A stretch of DNA of 37,581 bases. Source: Deltaproteobacteria bacterium. GTDB lineage: Bacteria; Myxococcota; Myxococcia; Myxococcales; 40CM-4-68-19. The notes under the pieces were generated by a model. It did not search any database. It had not been told where the DNA came from and saw only the letters and a program-made list of their open reading frames with translations. The stretch lies in the NCBI GenBank assembly GCA_025350525.1, contig JANXXR010000364.1, forward strand, positions 1 to 37,581, given 5' to 3'. The translations under genes and the position numbers were made by a program. Below are positions 24,925-33,623 of the stretch, in pieces; the first letter of the stretch is position 1; each line of letters starts with the position of its first letter.

Positions 24925-26086
24925 GCGCGCCACGGCGCGCCTTCTCGTCGCGCGCGCGGCGGCCGTCGCGCTCCTGCTGGGGCTTGCGGGGTGCGCCGGG
25001 TCGCGCCCTGTCGCGCACAAGGAGCCTCCGGCGCTGAGCGGACCGCTGGTGCTGCTGCCGGTCGTCAACCTCAGCGGGACCAGCATTCCCCTGAGGGAAG
25101 TACAGGACGCGGTGGAGCGATCCCTGCGCGTACGCGGTATCCCGCTCGTGGACGCCGCGCTGGTCGAGCAGTTTCTCGCCCGCCACCGCCTCCGCTACAC
25201 CGGCGGAGTCGACCGCGAGGAAGCGCTGGCGGCGGGCGAGGAGCTGAGCGCCGCCGGACTTCTCGTCACCACCGTCGAGCTGTACCAGCCGGGCAACCCG
25301 CCCAAGGCCGGCATCTCCATGCGCCTCGTCTCGGCCGACGAGGCGGCGGAGGTCCGCTGGATCGACGCGGCGGCGCGCGCGGGCGACGACTCGCCCGGAC
25401 TCTTCGAGCTGGGCGTGGTCCACGAGTACCCGGAGCTCCAGGAAGTTCTTTTGGCAAAGCTCTCGGCGTCCCTCGCCCTCTCCCTCGCCGGCAAAGGCCC
25501 GCACGCGGTTGCCTGCCCCGGCAGCGGGCGCTTCGCTCCCAAGGAGCTGTTCCGCTCGCCGCGGCTGGATGCGGCGCAGACCCGGTCGGTGGCGGTGCTG
25601 CCCTTCGCCAACGAGACGGCGCGGCGCAACGCCGGGGACCTGCTCGCGCTCCAGTTCGTCCGGCAGCTCGAAGCGTCGGGCCGCTTCCGCGCCGTCGAGC
25701 CCGGCGTGCTGCGCGACGGGCTCCTGCGCTTTCGCATCATCAGCGAGGGCGGCATCTCGCTCGACGTCGCGCGGGTCATCCTCGAACTGGTGCAGGCCGA
25801 CCTGGTGGTCGCGGGCATCGTGCGCGACTACGACGATCCGGAAGGCGCCGGCGCGGCGCCGCGGGTCCAGTTCACCGCGCTCTTGCTCGACCGCGCCAAC
25901 AACGAGGTGCTGTGGGAATCGACCTCGTACAACCAGGGCGACGACGGCGTCTTCTTCTTCGACGCAGGCTTGGTGGGCACCACTCCCGACCTGGCCTGCC
26001 GCATGGTGCGCAGCGCGGTCGATGATCTGGTCGAACCGGGCCATGCGCCCGCGCCGCTGCGCTTCCCGCAAGCCGCAAAGAAGTAG
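24887..26086 (+). CDS. lipoprotein with two tandem TolB-N/LpoB/DUF799-like modules
   Basis: Lipobox LLLGLAGC. Module 1: LVLLPVVNLSGTSIPLREVQDAVERSL. Module 2: SVAVLPFANETARRNAGDLLALQFVRQL. The start is uncertain (ATG 24887 or 24896); either overlaps the previous gene. Confidence 0.65.
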   Translation: MRSMTCSTSSFIERATARLLVARAAAVALLLGLAGCAGSRPVAHKEPPALSGPLVLLPVVNLSGTSIPLREVQDAVERSLRVRGIPLVDAALVEQFLARHRLRYTGGVDREEALAAGEELSAAGLLVTTVELYQPGNPPKAGISMRLVSADEAAEVRWIDAAARAGDDSPGLFELGVVHEYPELQEVLLAKLSASLALSLAGKGPHAVACPGSGRFAPKELFRSPRLDAAQTRSVAVLPFANETARRNAGDLLALQFVRQLEASGRFRAVEPGVLRDGLLRFRIISEGGISLDVARVILELVQADLVVAGIVRDYDDPEGAGAAPRVQFTALLLDRANNEVLWESTSYNQGDDGVFFFDAGLVGTTPDLACRMVRSAVDDLVEPGHAPAPLRFPQAAKK

Positions 26087-26159
26087 CTCGCCCCGCAAAA
26101 CCTGCGCCCGTTCGCCGTCGCCACCGGGCGGCACCCCTTGCGCAGGGCGCACGGCTTGC

Positions 26160-26175
26160 TGGTGCGCTGCTTGCA
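26160..26175 (+). promoter_or_regulatory. sigma54 (-24/-12) promoter upstream of the chaperone/cytochrome operon
   Basis: TGGTGCGCTGCTTGCA has TGG at -24, GG-N10-GC spacing and TTGCA at -12. It lies 47 nt upstream of ATG 26222 (SD AAGGAG). Confidence 0.5.
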
Positions 26176-26221
26176 GAACCCCTGACGGACAGAGGCACGC
26201 ATCCGCTCAAGGAGTGTCCCG

Positions 26222-27919
26222 ATGAACCGCACCGCCATCGCTTCCCTCGCGCTCGCCGCCGGACTGGTCGCTGTCCCTTCGATTGCTTCCGCCGAAGAGC
26301 CTTATGCGCTGGTGAAGGGGCCCAACGGCATCGTCAAGGCCAAGCTCTTCTCCGAGCAGTACGCCGCGCTGCCGGTGGCGCAGATCGAGAAGGATGTCAT
26401 CACGCTGCGCGAGTTCTCCGCCGCTTTCGCCGCGACCCACCAGGAGCACGGTGCGCAGGCCAGTGGCGGCAAGAAGGATTCCTCCGCGGTGCTGGAGCGC
26501 ATCATCGACGCGCGGCTGATCGCGCTAGAGGCGCACGAGATGGGCCTCGACGAGGCGCCCGAGCTGAAGAAGGCCGTCGCCGACTACTCGGACACCGAGC
26601 TGATCGAGGTGCTCAAGTCGCGGGTCACCGGCGAGATCACGGCCGATCCGGCGCAGGTCGAGAACTACTTCCGCGACGCCGTGCGGGAGTGGAAGGTCAA
26701 GGCGCTGCTCTTCGTGAAGGAGGCGGACGCGAAGGAGATGTCAGCCGCGCTCAAGGCCGGCAAGACCTTCGCCGAGCTGACTTTGGCCGCCACCGCGGCG
26801 AAGAAGGCCACCGACAGCGGGCCGGGCGAGTTCCTCCCTCTCAAGCAGGTGCAGCCGCAAGTGCTGGCCGCACTGCAGGGACTCTTCCAGGGGCAGGTGA
26901 GCGATCCCATCAAGGTCGAGGGCGGGTGGAGCCTGCTCTTGCTAGAGGAGATTCGCTATCCCCTGGACCTGAAGGCGCGCGCTGATGCCGAAGGGCGCTC
27001 GCTCGATGAGCGCCGCGATCTGGCGCTCAAGACCTACTACGACGCGCTGGTGAAGAAGACCTGCACCACCCGGCAGAAGCTGGTGGACAAGCTCGACTTC
27101 GAAAAGAAGCGGCCTGGCTTCGAGAAGCTGGCGAAGGACAAGCGGGTGGTGGCGCGGGTGACGGGCGGAAAGGACATCACCGTCGGCGACCTGACCGAGG
27201 CGATGCGCCTGACTTTTTATCACGGCGTCGAGGAGTCGATCCGGCTCAAGCGGGTCAACGAGGCGAAGATCCCCACCTTGAACAAGATGATCTACCAGGA
27301 GGTCTTCGACACCGAAGCCAGGCGCACTAAGGTCGCCGACTCCGACGAGTACAAGCGCGCTGTCGCCGAGTACAAGGAGTCGCTGGTCTTCGGCGCCTTC
27401 GTGAAGAAGGCGGTGCTGCCGGGGCTCCAGGTCACCGAGGACGAAGGCAAGAAGTACTACGAGCAGCACAAGGCAGAGTTCGTCCTGCCCTCCTATTACA
27501 AGCTCTTCAGCCTCGCCTTTACCAAGTCAAAGGACGCGCAGCGCGCCTACGACAAGCTGAAGTCCGGCACCGACTTCAATTGGCTGAAGGCCAATGCCGA
27601 CGGCCAGATCGCCGAAGACAAGCGCACGGTGGACTTCAACGGAACTACCGTGAGCGCCAACTCCCTGCCGCACGAGCTGGTGGTCAAGCTCAAGGGAGCC
27701 AAGCCCGGCGACTATCGCCTGCAGGCCCTCGATGGCCAGAACCTGCTCATCAAGGTGCTCTCCGCCACGCCGGAGGAGCAGCAGCCTTATCTGCAAGTGC
27801 GCCCAGCCATCGGCAAGAAGCTGGCGGCGGATCTGGTCACGCAGGCCATGGCCGACTGGGTGGCGAAGTTGCGCAAGGCGCACGACGTGAAGGTCTACCT
27901 CACGCAGATTGGCAGCTGA
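26222..27919 (+). CDS. SurA-like periplasmic chaperone / parvulin-type peptidyl-prolyl isomerase (two PpiC-like domains)
   Basis: Signal peptide MNRTAIASLALAAGLVAVPSIASA. SurA-N-like helical region, then two parvulin-like segments (VKALLFVKEADAKEMSAALKAGKTFAEL...GGWSLLLLEE and YKLFSLAFTKSKDAQRAYDKLKSGTDFNWL...). Confidence 0.7.
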   Translation: MNRTAIASLALAAGLVAVPSIASAEEPYALVKGPNGIVKAKLFSEQYAALPVAQIEKDVITLREFSAAFAATHQEHGAQASGGKKDSSAVLERIIDARLIALEAHEMGLDEAPELKKAVADYSDTELIEVLKSRVTGEITADPAQVENYFRDAVREWKVKALLFVKEADAKEMSAALKAGKTFAELTLAATAAKKATDSGPGEFLPLKQVQPQVLAALQGLFQGQVSDPIKVEGGWSLLLLEEIRYPLDLKARADAEGRSLDERRDLALKTYYDALVKKTCTTRQKLVDKLDFEKKRPGFEKLAKDKRVVARVTGGKDITVGDLTEAMRLTFYHGVEESIRLKRVNEAKIPTLNKMIYQEVFDTEARRTKVADSDEYKRAVAEYKESLVFGAFVKKAVLPGLQVTEDEGKKYYEQHKAEFVLPSYYKLFSLAFTKSKDAQRAYDKLKSGTDFNWLKANADGQIAEDKRTVDFNGTTVSANSLPHELVVKLKGAKPGDYRLQALDGQNLLIKVLSATPEEQQPYLQVRPAIGKKLAADLVTQAMADWVAKLRKAHDVKVYLTQIGS

Positions 27920-27932
27920 GCAAGGACCTCCC

Positions 27933-29864
27933 ATGCGCGCCCCAGCCATCGGGATTCTCTGCGCGGTCCTGGCGCTGGCTTTCTCGGCGCGCGCCGAGCA
28001 GTTCGCGCGCAAGGAGTGTCTCGACTGCCACGCCAAGTTCGCCGACAAGCTCCACGACCTGAAAAACCTGCACGCGCCGGTGAAGTCGCAGGAGTGCGAG
28101 GAGTGCCACCTGCGCCACGGCACTGTGCCCAAGCTCCTTCTCAAGGAGAGCGGCAACGGCCTCTGCCTGACCTGCCACAAGAAGGAGAGCCTCGGCCTCG
28201 AGAAGAAGGTCGTGCACCAGGTCCTCAAGACGGGCAAGTGCATCGACTGCCACGACGCACACGGATCGAACGCGAAGGTCCTGCTCAAGCGCGAGGGCAA
28301 GCTGGAGTGCTACTCCTGCCACAAGCCGGAGCCGTTCGAGAAGAAGTTCGTCCATAAAGTCGTCGCGGACGGCGGCTGCATGGCCTGCCACACCGCGCAC
28401 GCCTCCGACCAGCAGGGCCTGCTCATCGCGGCAGAGGGACCGCTCTGCCTGAAATGCCACGCGGCGGCGGCGGCGCCGTTCCAGAAGGCCCACGGCGGCA
28501 TGCCGGTCGCGAGCAAGGCCTGCACCACCTGCCACGATCCGCACTCGTCGGACAAGGCGGGCCTGCTCAAGGCTTCGTTGCACAAGCCGCTGGTCGCCGG
28601 GGAGTGCGCCACCTGCCACGCGGCCTCAGCGGGGAAGCCGTTCGCGGTCAAGGCCGACGGCAGCAAGCTCTGCTACGGCTGCCACCTCGCCGACGGGATC
28701 GCCGACAAGGATCAGATCGCGCACGCGCCGGTGAAGAAGGGCGACTGCCTCGCCTGCCACGACCCGCACACTTCTTCCAACAAGGGCCTGCTCAAGGCCG
28801 CGGGCAACCAGCTTTGCTTCTCCTGCCACAAGGACAAGGCGCTGCCGGTCACTTCGAAGCACGCGACCGTCGCGCAGGGCTGCACCACCTGCCATCAGCC
28901 GCACGCCGCCACCAACAAGGCGCTGCTCGATGTCTCCATCGAAGCGCTCTGCGTGAAGTGCCACGTCGCCTCGACCGCCGATCAGCTCAAGGACAAGGTC
29001 GTCCATGCGCCCTTCAGGGGCGGCAAGTGCACGAGCTGCCACAACGCCCACGGCTCCAACGTCCCTGCCATCCTCAAGGAGTCGGAGGACAAGCTTTGCT
29101 ACTCCTGCCACAAGGACGCGGAGACCCGCTTCGTTAAGTCGCACACGCACAAGCCGGTGCAGAACGGGCAGTGCTCCGGCTGCCACCAGGGCCATTCGGC
29201 CGACGTGCCCAACCTGCTCAAGGCCGAAGGCGCAGCGCTTTGCGCCACCTGCCACGCAGATCTGATGAAGAAGGAGCTGGGCGGCTCGCAGCACCAGCCG
29301 TTCGCCGACGGCCAGTGCCTCACCTGCCACGATGCGCACGGCTCGAACATCCCCGGCATGACCGTGGCGGCGCAGGGCAACCTCTGCGTGCGCTGCCACG
29401 CCGTGGCGATGAAGGAGGCCGAGGGCGCCAAGAGCGTGCACGCGCCCTTCGCCAAGGCCGACTGCACCAGCTGCCACAGCCCGCACAAGTCGGGCCTGGA
29501 GATGTTGCAGCTCACCAAGGGGCCCGAGGCCTGCCTCATCTGCCACAAGGCGCTCAAGGAGAAGATCTCCGCCGGCAAGACGCACGGCCCCGCCGGGCAG
29601 GACTGCCTGCAGTGCCACCGGCCTCACGCCTCGGCCAACGCCAAGCTCGCCACGCAGGCGACGCCGCAGATCTGCAACGGGTGCCACAAGCAGCCCGACC
29701 CGAAGCTGTCGGCGGCGCACCTCGGAATCGATCTGACCAGGAGCAACTGCACCAGCTGCCACAACCCGCACGCCGGTCCGGACGCGCGGCTGATCAACAG
29801 CGTCGCGCACGAGCCATTCGAGAAGGGCAAGTGCGACGCCTGCCACACCGGAGGTGCGCTGTGA
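27933..29864 (+). CDS. 26-heme c-type cytochrome (tandem doubled-CXXCH modules), exported
   Basis: ATG 27933 (MRAPAIGILCAVLALAFSARA). I count 26 CXXCH motifs in 643 aa, arranged as about 13 repeats of LCxxCH...(V/A)HxP(V/F)xxGxCxxCHxxH(G/A)S. Confidence 0.9.
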   Translation: MRAPAIGILCAVLALAFSARAEQFARKECLDCHAKFADKLHDLKNLHAPVKSQECEECHLRHGTVPKLLLKESGNGLCLTCHKKESLGLEKKVVHQVLKTGKCIDCHDAHGSNAKVLLKREGKLECYSCHKPEPFEKKFVHKVVADGGCMACHTAHASDQQGLLIAAEGPLCLKCHAAAAAPFQKAHGGMPVASKACTTCHDPHSSDKAGLLKASLHKPLVAGECATCHAASAGKPFAVKADGSKLCYGCHLADGIADKDQIAHAPVKKGDCLACHDPHTSSNKGLLKAAGNQLCFSCHKDKALPVTSKHATVAQGCTTCHQPHAATNKALLDVSIEALCVKCHVASTADQLKDKVVHAPFRGGKCTSCHNAHGSNVPAILKESEDKLCYSCHKDAETRFVKSHTHKPVQNGQCSGCHQGHSADVPNLLKAEGAALCATCHADLMKKELGGSQHQPFADGQCLTCHDAHGSNIPGMTVAAQGNLCVRCHAVAMKEAEGAKSVHAPFAKADCTSCHSPHKSGLEMLQLTKGPEACLICHKALKEKISAGKTHGPAGQDCLQCHRPHASANAKLATQATPQICNGCHKQPDPKLSAAHLGIDLTRSNCTSCHNPHAGPDARLINSVAHEPFEKGKCDACHTGGAL

Positions 29865-31120
29865 TCGCGCTCTTGCTGGCCGCGCTGACCGCCGCCGCCG
29901 CGCCGCCGTCCGACGCCGTCCAGGCGCAGCGCTTCAAGCTCAAGCCCGGCGCCGAGGGCAAGCTCTGCCTCGATTGTCACGCGCCTTTCCAGGCCAAGCT
30001 CAAGCAGGCCTTCGTGCACACGCCGGTGAAGAGCAGCAACTGCACCGGCTGCCACAATCCGCACGCCAGCGAGCACGGCAAGCTGCTGGGCGCGGACCAG
30101 GACAAGCTCTGCGCCACCTGTCACCAGGACCTCTTGCCCGCCAAGGCGAAGAGCGTGCACCGGCCGTTCGGCGAGGGAAACTGCACCGGCTGCCACGACC
30201 CGCACGCCTCGGACAACAAGTTCGAGCTGCTCAAGCCCGGCGCGCAAGTGTGCGCGGGCTGCCACACAGCGATCGCCACCGCGACGGGGCAGGCCAAGCA
30301 CAAGCACTTCGAGCAGGGGAGGGTAGCCTGCACCACCTGCCACGAGCCGCATGCATCGGCCAAGGGCGAGCACCTGCTCAAGGGAGAAGATCCGGCGCTC
30401 TGCCTCGGCTGCCACAAGACGAACGTGGCCTTCTCCAAGGCGCATATGAGCTATCCGGTGGAGAAGGCGCGTTGCACGACCTGCCACGACCCGCACGGCT
30501 CGAGCAAGCCCGCCATGCTCTACGATACTTTGCATAAGCCGGTGGCGAGCCGGCAATGCGTCCAATGCCACGCCTTGCCCTCGTCGGCGCGGCCCTTCGA
30601 GACCAAGGCGGTGGGGACGGCGCTCTGCACCAGCTGCCACGCCGCCGAGATCACGCGAATGCTCGCCTTGCCGCAGGTGCATTGGGCCATCGCCGACGAG
30701 AAGGCGTGCCTCAATTGCCACAGCGCGCACGGCTCGCGGCAGCGCGGCCTCATCAAGGGGAACATGAAGGCGGTCTGCGCCACCTGCCATTCCGACACCA
30801 TTGCGCGGCAGGAGCGGTCGGTGACCAAGCACAAGCCGGTCGAGACAGGTGACTGCACCGCCTGCCACAGTCCGCACTCGTCGGAGACGGCGCTCTTGAT
30901 GAAGAAGGCCGATACCACCGTGATGTGCCGCACCTGTCACGACTGGCAGAAGCACGCCACGCATCCTTTGGGTGCGACGCTCAAAGACCCGCGCAACCGG
31001 AACCTGGTCCTCGATTGCCTCAGCTGCCACCGCGCCCACGGCACTGAGTTCAAGCATATGAATCCCTATCCGACGACTACGGAGCTCTGCACCAAATGCC
31101 ACGAGTCATTCAAACGATGA
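29861..31120 (+). CDS. 16-heme c-type cytochrome (tandem doubled-CXXCH modules), exported
   Basis: GTG 29861 overlaps the previous stop (GTGA), with GGAGG 6 nt upstream. An alternative GTG at 29831 would give a charged n-region (MRRLPHRRCAVIALLL...). I count 16 CXXCH motifs. The 29171..29860 part of the track ORF is out-of-frame reading of the previous gene. Confidence 0.88.
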   Translation: MIALLLAALTAAAAPPSDAVQAQRFKLKPGAEGKLCLDCHAPFQAKLKQAFVHTPVKSSNCTGCHNPHASEHGKLLGADQDKLCATCHQDLLPAKAKSVHRPFGEGNCTGCHDPHASDNKFELLKPGAQVCAGCHTAIATATGQAKHKHFEQGRVACTTCHEPHASAKGEHLLKGEDPALCLGCHKTNVAFSKAHMSYPVEKARCTTCHDPHGSSKPAMLYDTLHKPVASRQCVQCHALPSSARPFETKAVGTALCTSCHAAEITRMLALPQVHWAIADEKACLNCHSAHGSRQRGLIKGNMKAVCATCHSDTIARQERSVTKHKPVETGDCTACHSPHSSETALLMKKADTTVMCRTCHDWQKHATHPLGATLKDPRNRNLVLDCLSCHRAHGTEFKHMNPYPTTTELCTKCHESFKR

Positions 31121-31998
31121 GGCTTGTGCTGCTGCTCTGCGCGGTGTCTTTGGCCCTTCGCGCGGAGGTGCTCCCGCTCTTGCCTGCGGGCTCGGCGTAT
31201 GCGGACGCGAGCGGCGCCGCGCTCAAGGCGCCCGAGGGCGTTGCCTGCGCCGGTAAGGGCTACGTGGTCGGGGCGGACACTGGCAACGGCCGCCTGGTCA
31301 CCTGGACCTTCAAGGATGGGGCGCTCACCGGCGGCGCTCCTATCCGTTTCCCGGAGCTGGGCGCGCCGGCGCGCGTACAGATCGACAGCAAGGGCAATGT
31401 CTTCTCGCTCGACCAGCGGACGCGGCGCATCGTGCGCGTCGGCGAGCAAGGTACCTTTGCCGGGTACGTACAGCCCAAGGGCGTGCCGGCGGCGAGCGGG
31501 TTCTTTCCTGTCGCCTTCAAGCTGGACTCCGCCGACAACTTCTACCTGCTCGACATCGCCTCGGCGCGGTTGGTGGTGCTGGACCCTGCGGGCGCGTTCG
31601 TGCGGCAGCTTTTGCAGCCGGCGGGCGCGACGCTGAACGACGTCGCGGTCGATGCGCGCGGGACGGTGTTGGCGGTGGACGGCGCGCACGCGGTGGTCTA
31701 CGCGGCGAAGGTCGGCGCCGAGTCGTTGACGCCGCTCTCGAAGGGCCTGCGGGAGTATGCGAGCTTTCCCAGCTACCTATCCATCAATGCGCAAGGGCTC
31801 ATCGTGCTGGTTGATAATCACGGCAATGGGATTTTGGTGCTCGGACCCGACGGAACCTTCCTCGGCCGGCGGCTGAGCATCGGCTGGGGCGAAGGGCTGG
31901 TCTATTACCCGGGGCAGATCTGCATCGATCTGCAGGGCGATATCTTCGTGGCCGACCGGGGGAACAATCGACTGCAGGCGTTCGCGCCGGCGAAGTGA
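31117..31998 (+). CDS. NHL-repeat beta-propeller protein, exported
   Basis: ATG 31117 overlaps the cytochrome stop (ATGA). Signal peptide MRLVLLLCAVSLALRA. Blades include GYVVGADTGNGRLVTW, NVFSLDQRTRRIVRV, NFYLLDIASARLVVL, LIVLVDNHGNGILVL, DIFVADRGNNRLQAF. Confidence 0.82.
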   Translation: MRLVLLLCAVSLALRAEVLPLLPAGSAYADASGAALKAPEGVACAGKGYVVGADTGNGRLVTWTFKDGALTGGAPIRFPELGAPARVQIDSKGNVFSLDQRTRRIVRVGEQGTFAGYVQPKGVPAASGFFPVAFKLDSADNFYLLDIASARLVVLDPAGAFVRQLLQPAGATLNDVAVDARGTVLAVDGAHAVVYAAKVGAESLTPLSKGLREYASFPSYLSINAQGLIVLVDNHGNGILVLGPDGTFLGRRLSIGWGEGLVYYPGQICIDLQGDIFVADRGNNRLQAFAPAK

Positions 31999-32129
31999 TG
32001 CTTCCCCGTTTCGATTCGTTCTCCCCGTCCGCGCGAATTCGCAGGTTTGCGCCACCAATCCTGCTCGCCGTGCTCACGCTTGCGCTTCATGGTGTGGGGC
32101 TGGCCGGCGGATTCGTCTGAGACGACGAC

Positions 32130-33623
32130 TTGATCGTGGTGAAGAACCCCGCCACCCGCGACCTGTCACGCCTGGGAGAAGTGCTCCTCTCGCCCGACTG
32201 GATGCCGCCTTACTACCGGCCCCTCAATCGGGCCTCTTATCTGATTGATTATCACCTCTGGGGGATGAATCCGCTCGGCTTTCATGCGGTGAACCTGGTT
32301 CTGGCTATCGGCTGCGTCCTCGCGATGTATGCGCTGGCCCGACGGGTGTTTGACTGCCGGGCTCCGGCATTCGTGGCCGCGGCGCTGCTGGCCGTCCATC
32401 CCATCAGCGTCGAGGCGGTCGCGTTCGTGACGGCCCGCAACAACCTCTTCGCGCTTCTCTTCGCGCTGCTGCCTCTGACCGCCTTCATCGACGCGTCCCG
32501 GCGCGATTCGTTGCGCCTGGCCTGGCTCTCGGGCTTCGCGTTTTTTCTCGGGCTCCTCTCCAAGGAGCCGGCCTTGATGGTCCTGCCGCTCATGGCGGCG
32601 CTGCTGGTGCTTCCGTCGCTGCGACCGCGGCGCCCTGATCGGCGATCGCTCCTGCTGCTCGCCCCGCACGTCGCGGCGGCGTCGGTCTGGCTCGCGCTCC
32701 GCGCCATTGCGATGTCGCACGCGGCCGCCACGCCGGAACTTGCCGCGACCCCCCTGCTCCAGCGCCTGGCGCTCAACTATTCCGTGATTCCACGCTACCT
32801 GCTGCTCATCCTCTTTCCGCGCGACCTCTCCAACTTTCACGCCGCGCCGCCGCCCGGCCTCCTCTCCAACGGATGGCTACCGCTGGCCTGGCTGACGATC
32901 GCTGCCGGACTCATCTGGCTCGTGCGCCATCGGTCCGTCCCGATCACCGTCGGGCTCCTCTGGTTCGCCGCCAACCTGTTCCCGATCGCCCAGATCGTCC
33001 CCCTGCCGACCAGCACTCCCTTCGCCGAGCGGTACATCTTCTTCTCGTGCGTGGGGCTCTTTCCGATCGCCGCCGAGCTTTTCCGGCGCGGCCAGGCGAG
33101 CTCGCACCGGCTGCTGACCCTGGGTGTCACGGCGGCCGCTCTCCTCGCGCTCGGCGCGCGCACGTTTGCGCGCACGCTGGACTGGCACGACGACCTCGCC
33201 TTGACCCGGAGCGCGGTGGCGGTGGAGCCCCGCTCGGCTCGAGCCCATTTCAACCTGGGAGTCGTGCTGAAGGATCGCGACGATCTGCCCGGCGCGGTGC
33301 GCGAGTGGGAGACCGCGCTGACCCTGGAGCCGTCCGACGCCGAAAGCCATGCCCAGCTCGGCACCGCGGCGGCCGTCCGCGGCGACTTCGACGCCGCAGA
33401 GCACCATTACCGGGCCGCAGTCGCCTCTGACCCCATGCTGTCGCTGGCTTGGTTCAACCTCGGGCGGCTGCTCGACAAGACCGGGCGCTTTCCGGAGGCG
33501 ATCGATTGCTATTCGACCTACCTTGAGAGCGCCCTTCCGGACTCGGACCCCCACGTGGCCGTGGCCCGCGAACGGCTCTCGGTGCTTGGCGCGGCATCAG
33601 TTGCTCGCGGCGGCGTGGAGTGA
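32130..33623 (+). CDS. TMTC/PMT-like GT-C membrane protein with C-terminal TPR repeats; open part only, the gene appears interrupted by an in-frame TGA at 32118..32120
   Basis: Multi-TM N-terminal half and a TPR C-terminus (AHFNLGVVLKDRDDLPGAVREWETALTLEP, AWFNLGRLLDKTGRFPEAIDCY). A 40-codon in-frame segment from ATG 31998 (overlapping the NHL stop, TGATG) supplies TM1 and the GGFV part of the FVxDD motif, then hits TGA. Confidence 0.7.
   Translation: MIVVKNPATRDLSRLGEVLLSPDWMPPYYRPLNRASYLIDYHLWGMNPLGFHAVNLVLAIGCVLAMYALARRVFDCRAPAFVAAALLAVHPISVEAVAFVTARNNLFALLFALLPLTAFIDASRRDSLRLAWLSGFAFFLGLLSKEPALMVLPLMAALLVLPSLRPRRPDRRSLLLLAPHVAAASVWLALRAIAMSHAAATPELAATPLLQRLALNYSVIPRYLLLILFPRDLSNFHAAPPPGLLSNGWLPLAWLTIAAGLIWLVRHRSVPITVGLLWFAANLFPIAQIVPLPTSTPFAERYIFFSCVGLFPIAAELFRRGQASSHRLLTLGVTAAALLALGARTFARTLDWHDDLALTRSAVAVEPRSARAHFNLGVVLKDRDDLPGAVREWETALTLEPSDAESHAQLGTAAAVRGDFDAAEHHYRAAVASDPMLSLAWFNLGRLLDKTGRFPEAIDCYSTYLESALPDSDPHVAVARERLSVLGAASVARGGVE

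Noticed and set aside
24905-26152. 415-aa minus-strand ORF, and 24991..26025 (+), overlapping the double-module lipoprotein gene
   Set aside because: Arg-rich out-of-frame readings. The 24887..26086 frame has a lipobox and two recognisable modules.
29171-29860. 5' extension of the 16-heme cytochrome ORF back to ATG 29171
   Set aside because: This part is the +1/+2 frame of the 26-heme gene and translates to Arg/Pro-rich sequence without CXXCH motifs. The real start is GTG 29861 (or 29831).
28626-31102. Long minus-strand ORFs (28626..29846, 29624..31102) and a periodic DNA pattern that could be mistaken for a non-coding tandem or CRISPR-like array
   Set aside because: The periodicity (about 147 nt) is the coding repeat of the doubled-CXXCH modules. 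The units are diverged, with no spacer/repeat alternation. The antisense ORFs translate to Val/Ala/Gly/Arg-rich nonsense.
32118-32120. Selenocysteine or genome-wide TGA recoding as an explanation for the in-frame TGA
   Set aside because: I could not fold a SECIS-like hairpin in the 40 nt downstream. The homologous position is aromatic (Phe in the paralogue), not Cys. TGA also terminates many other genes in this window.
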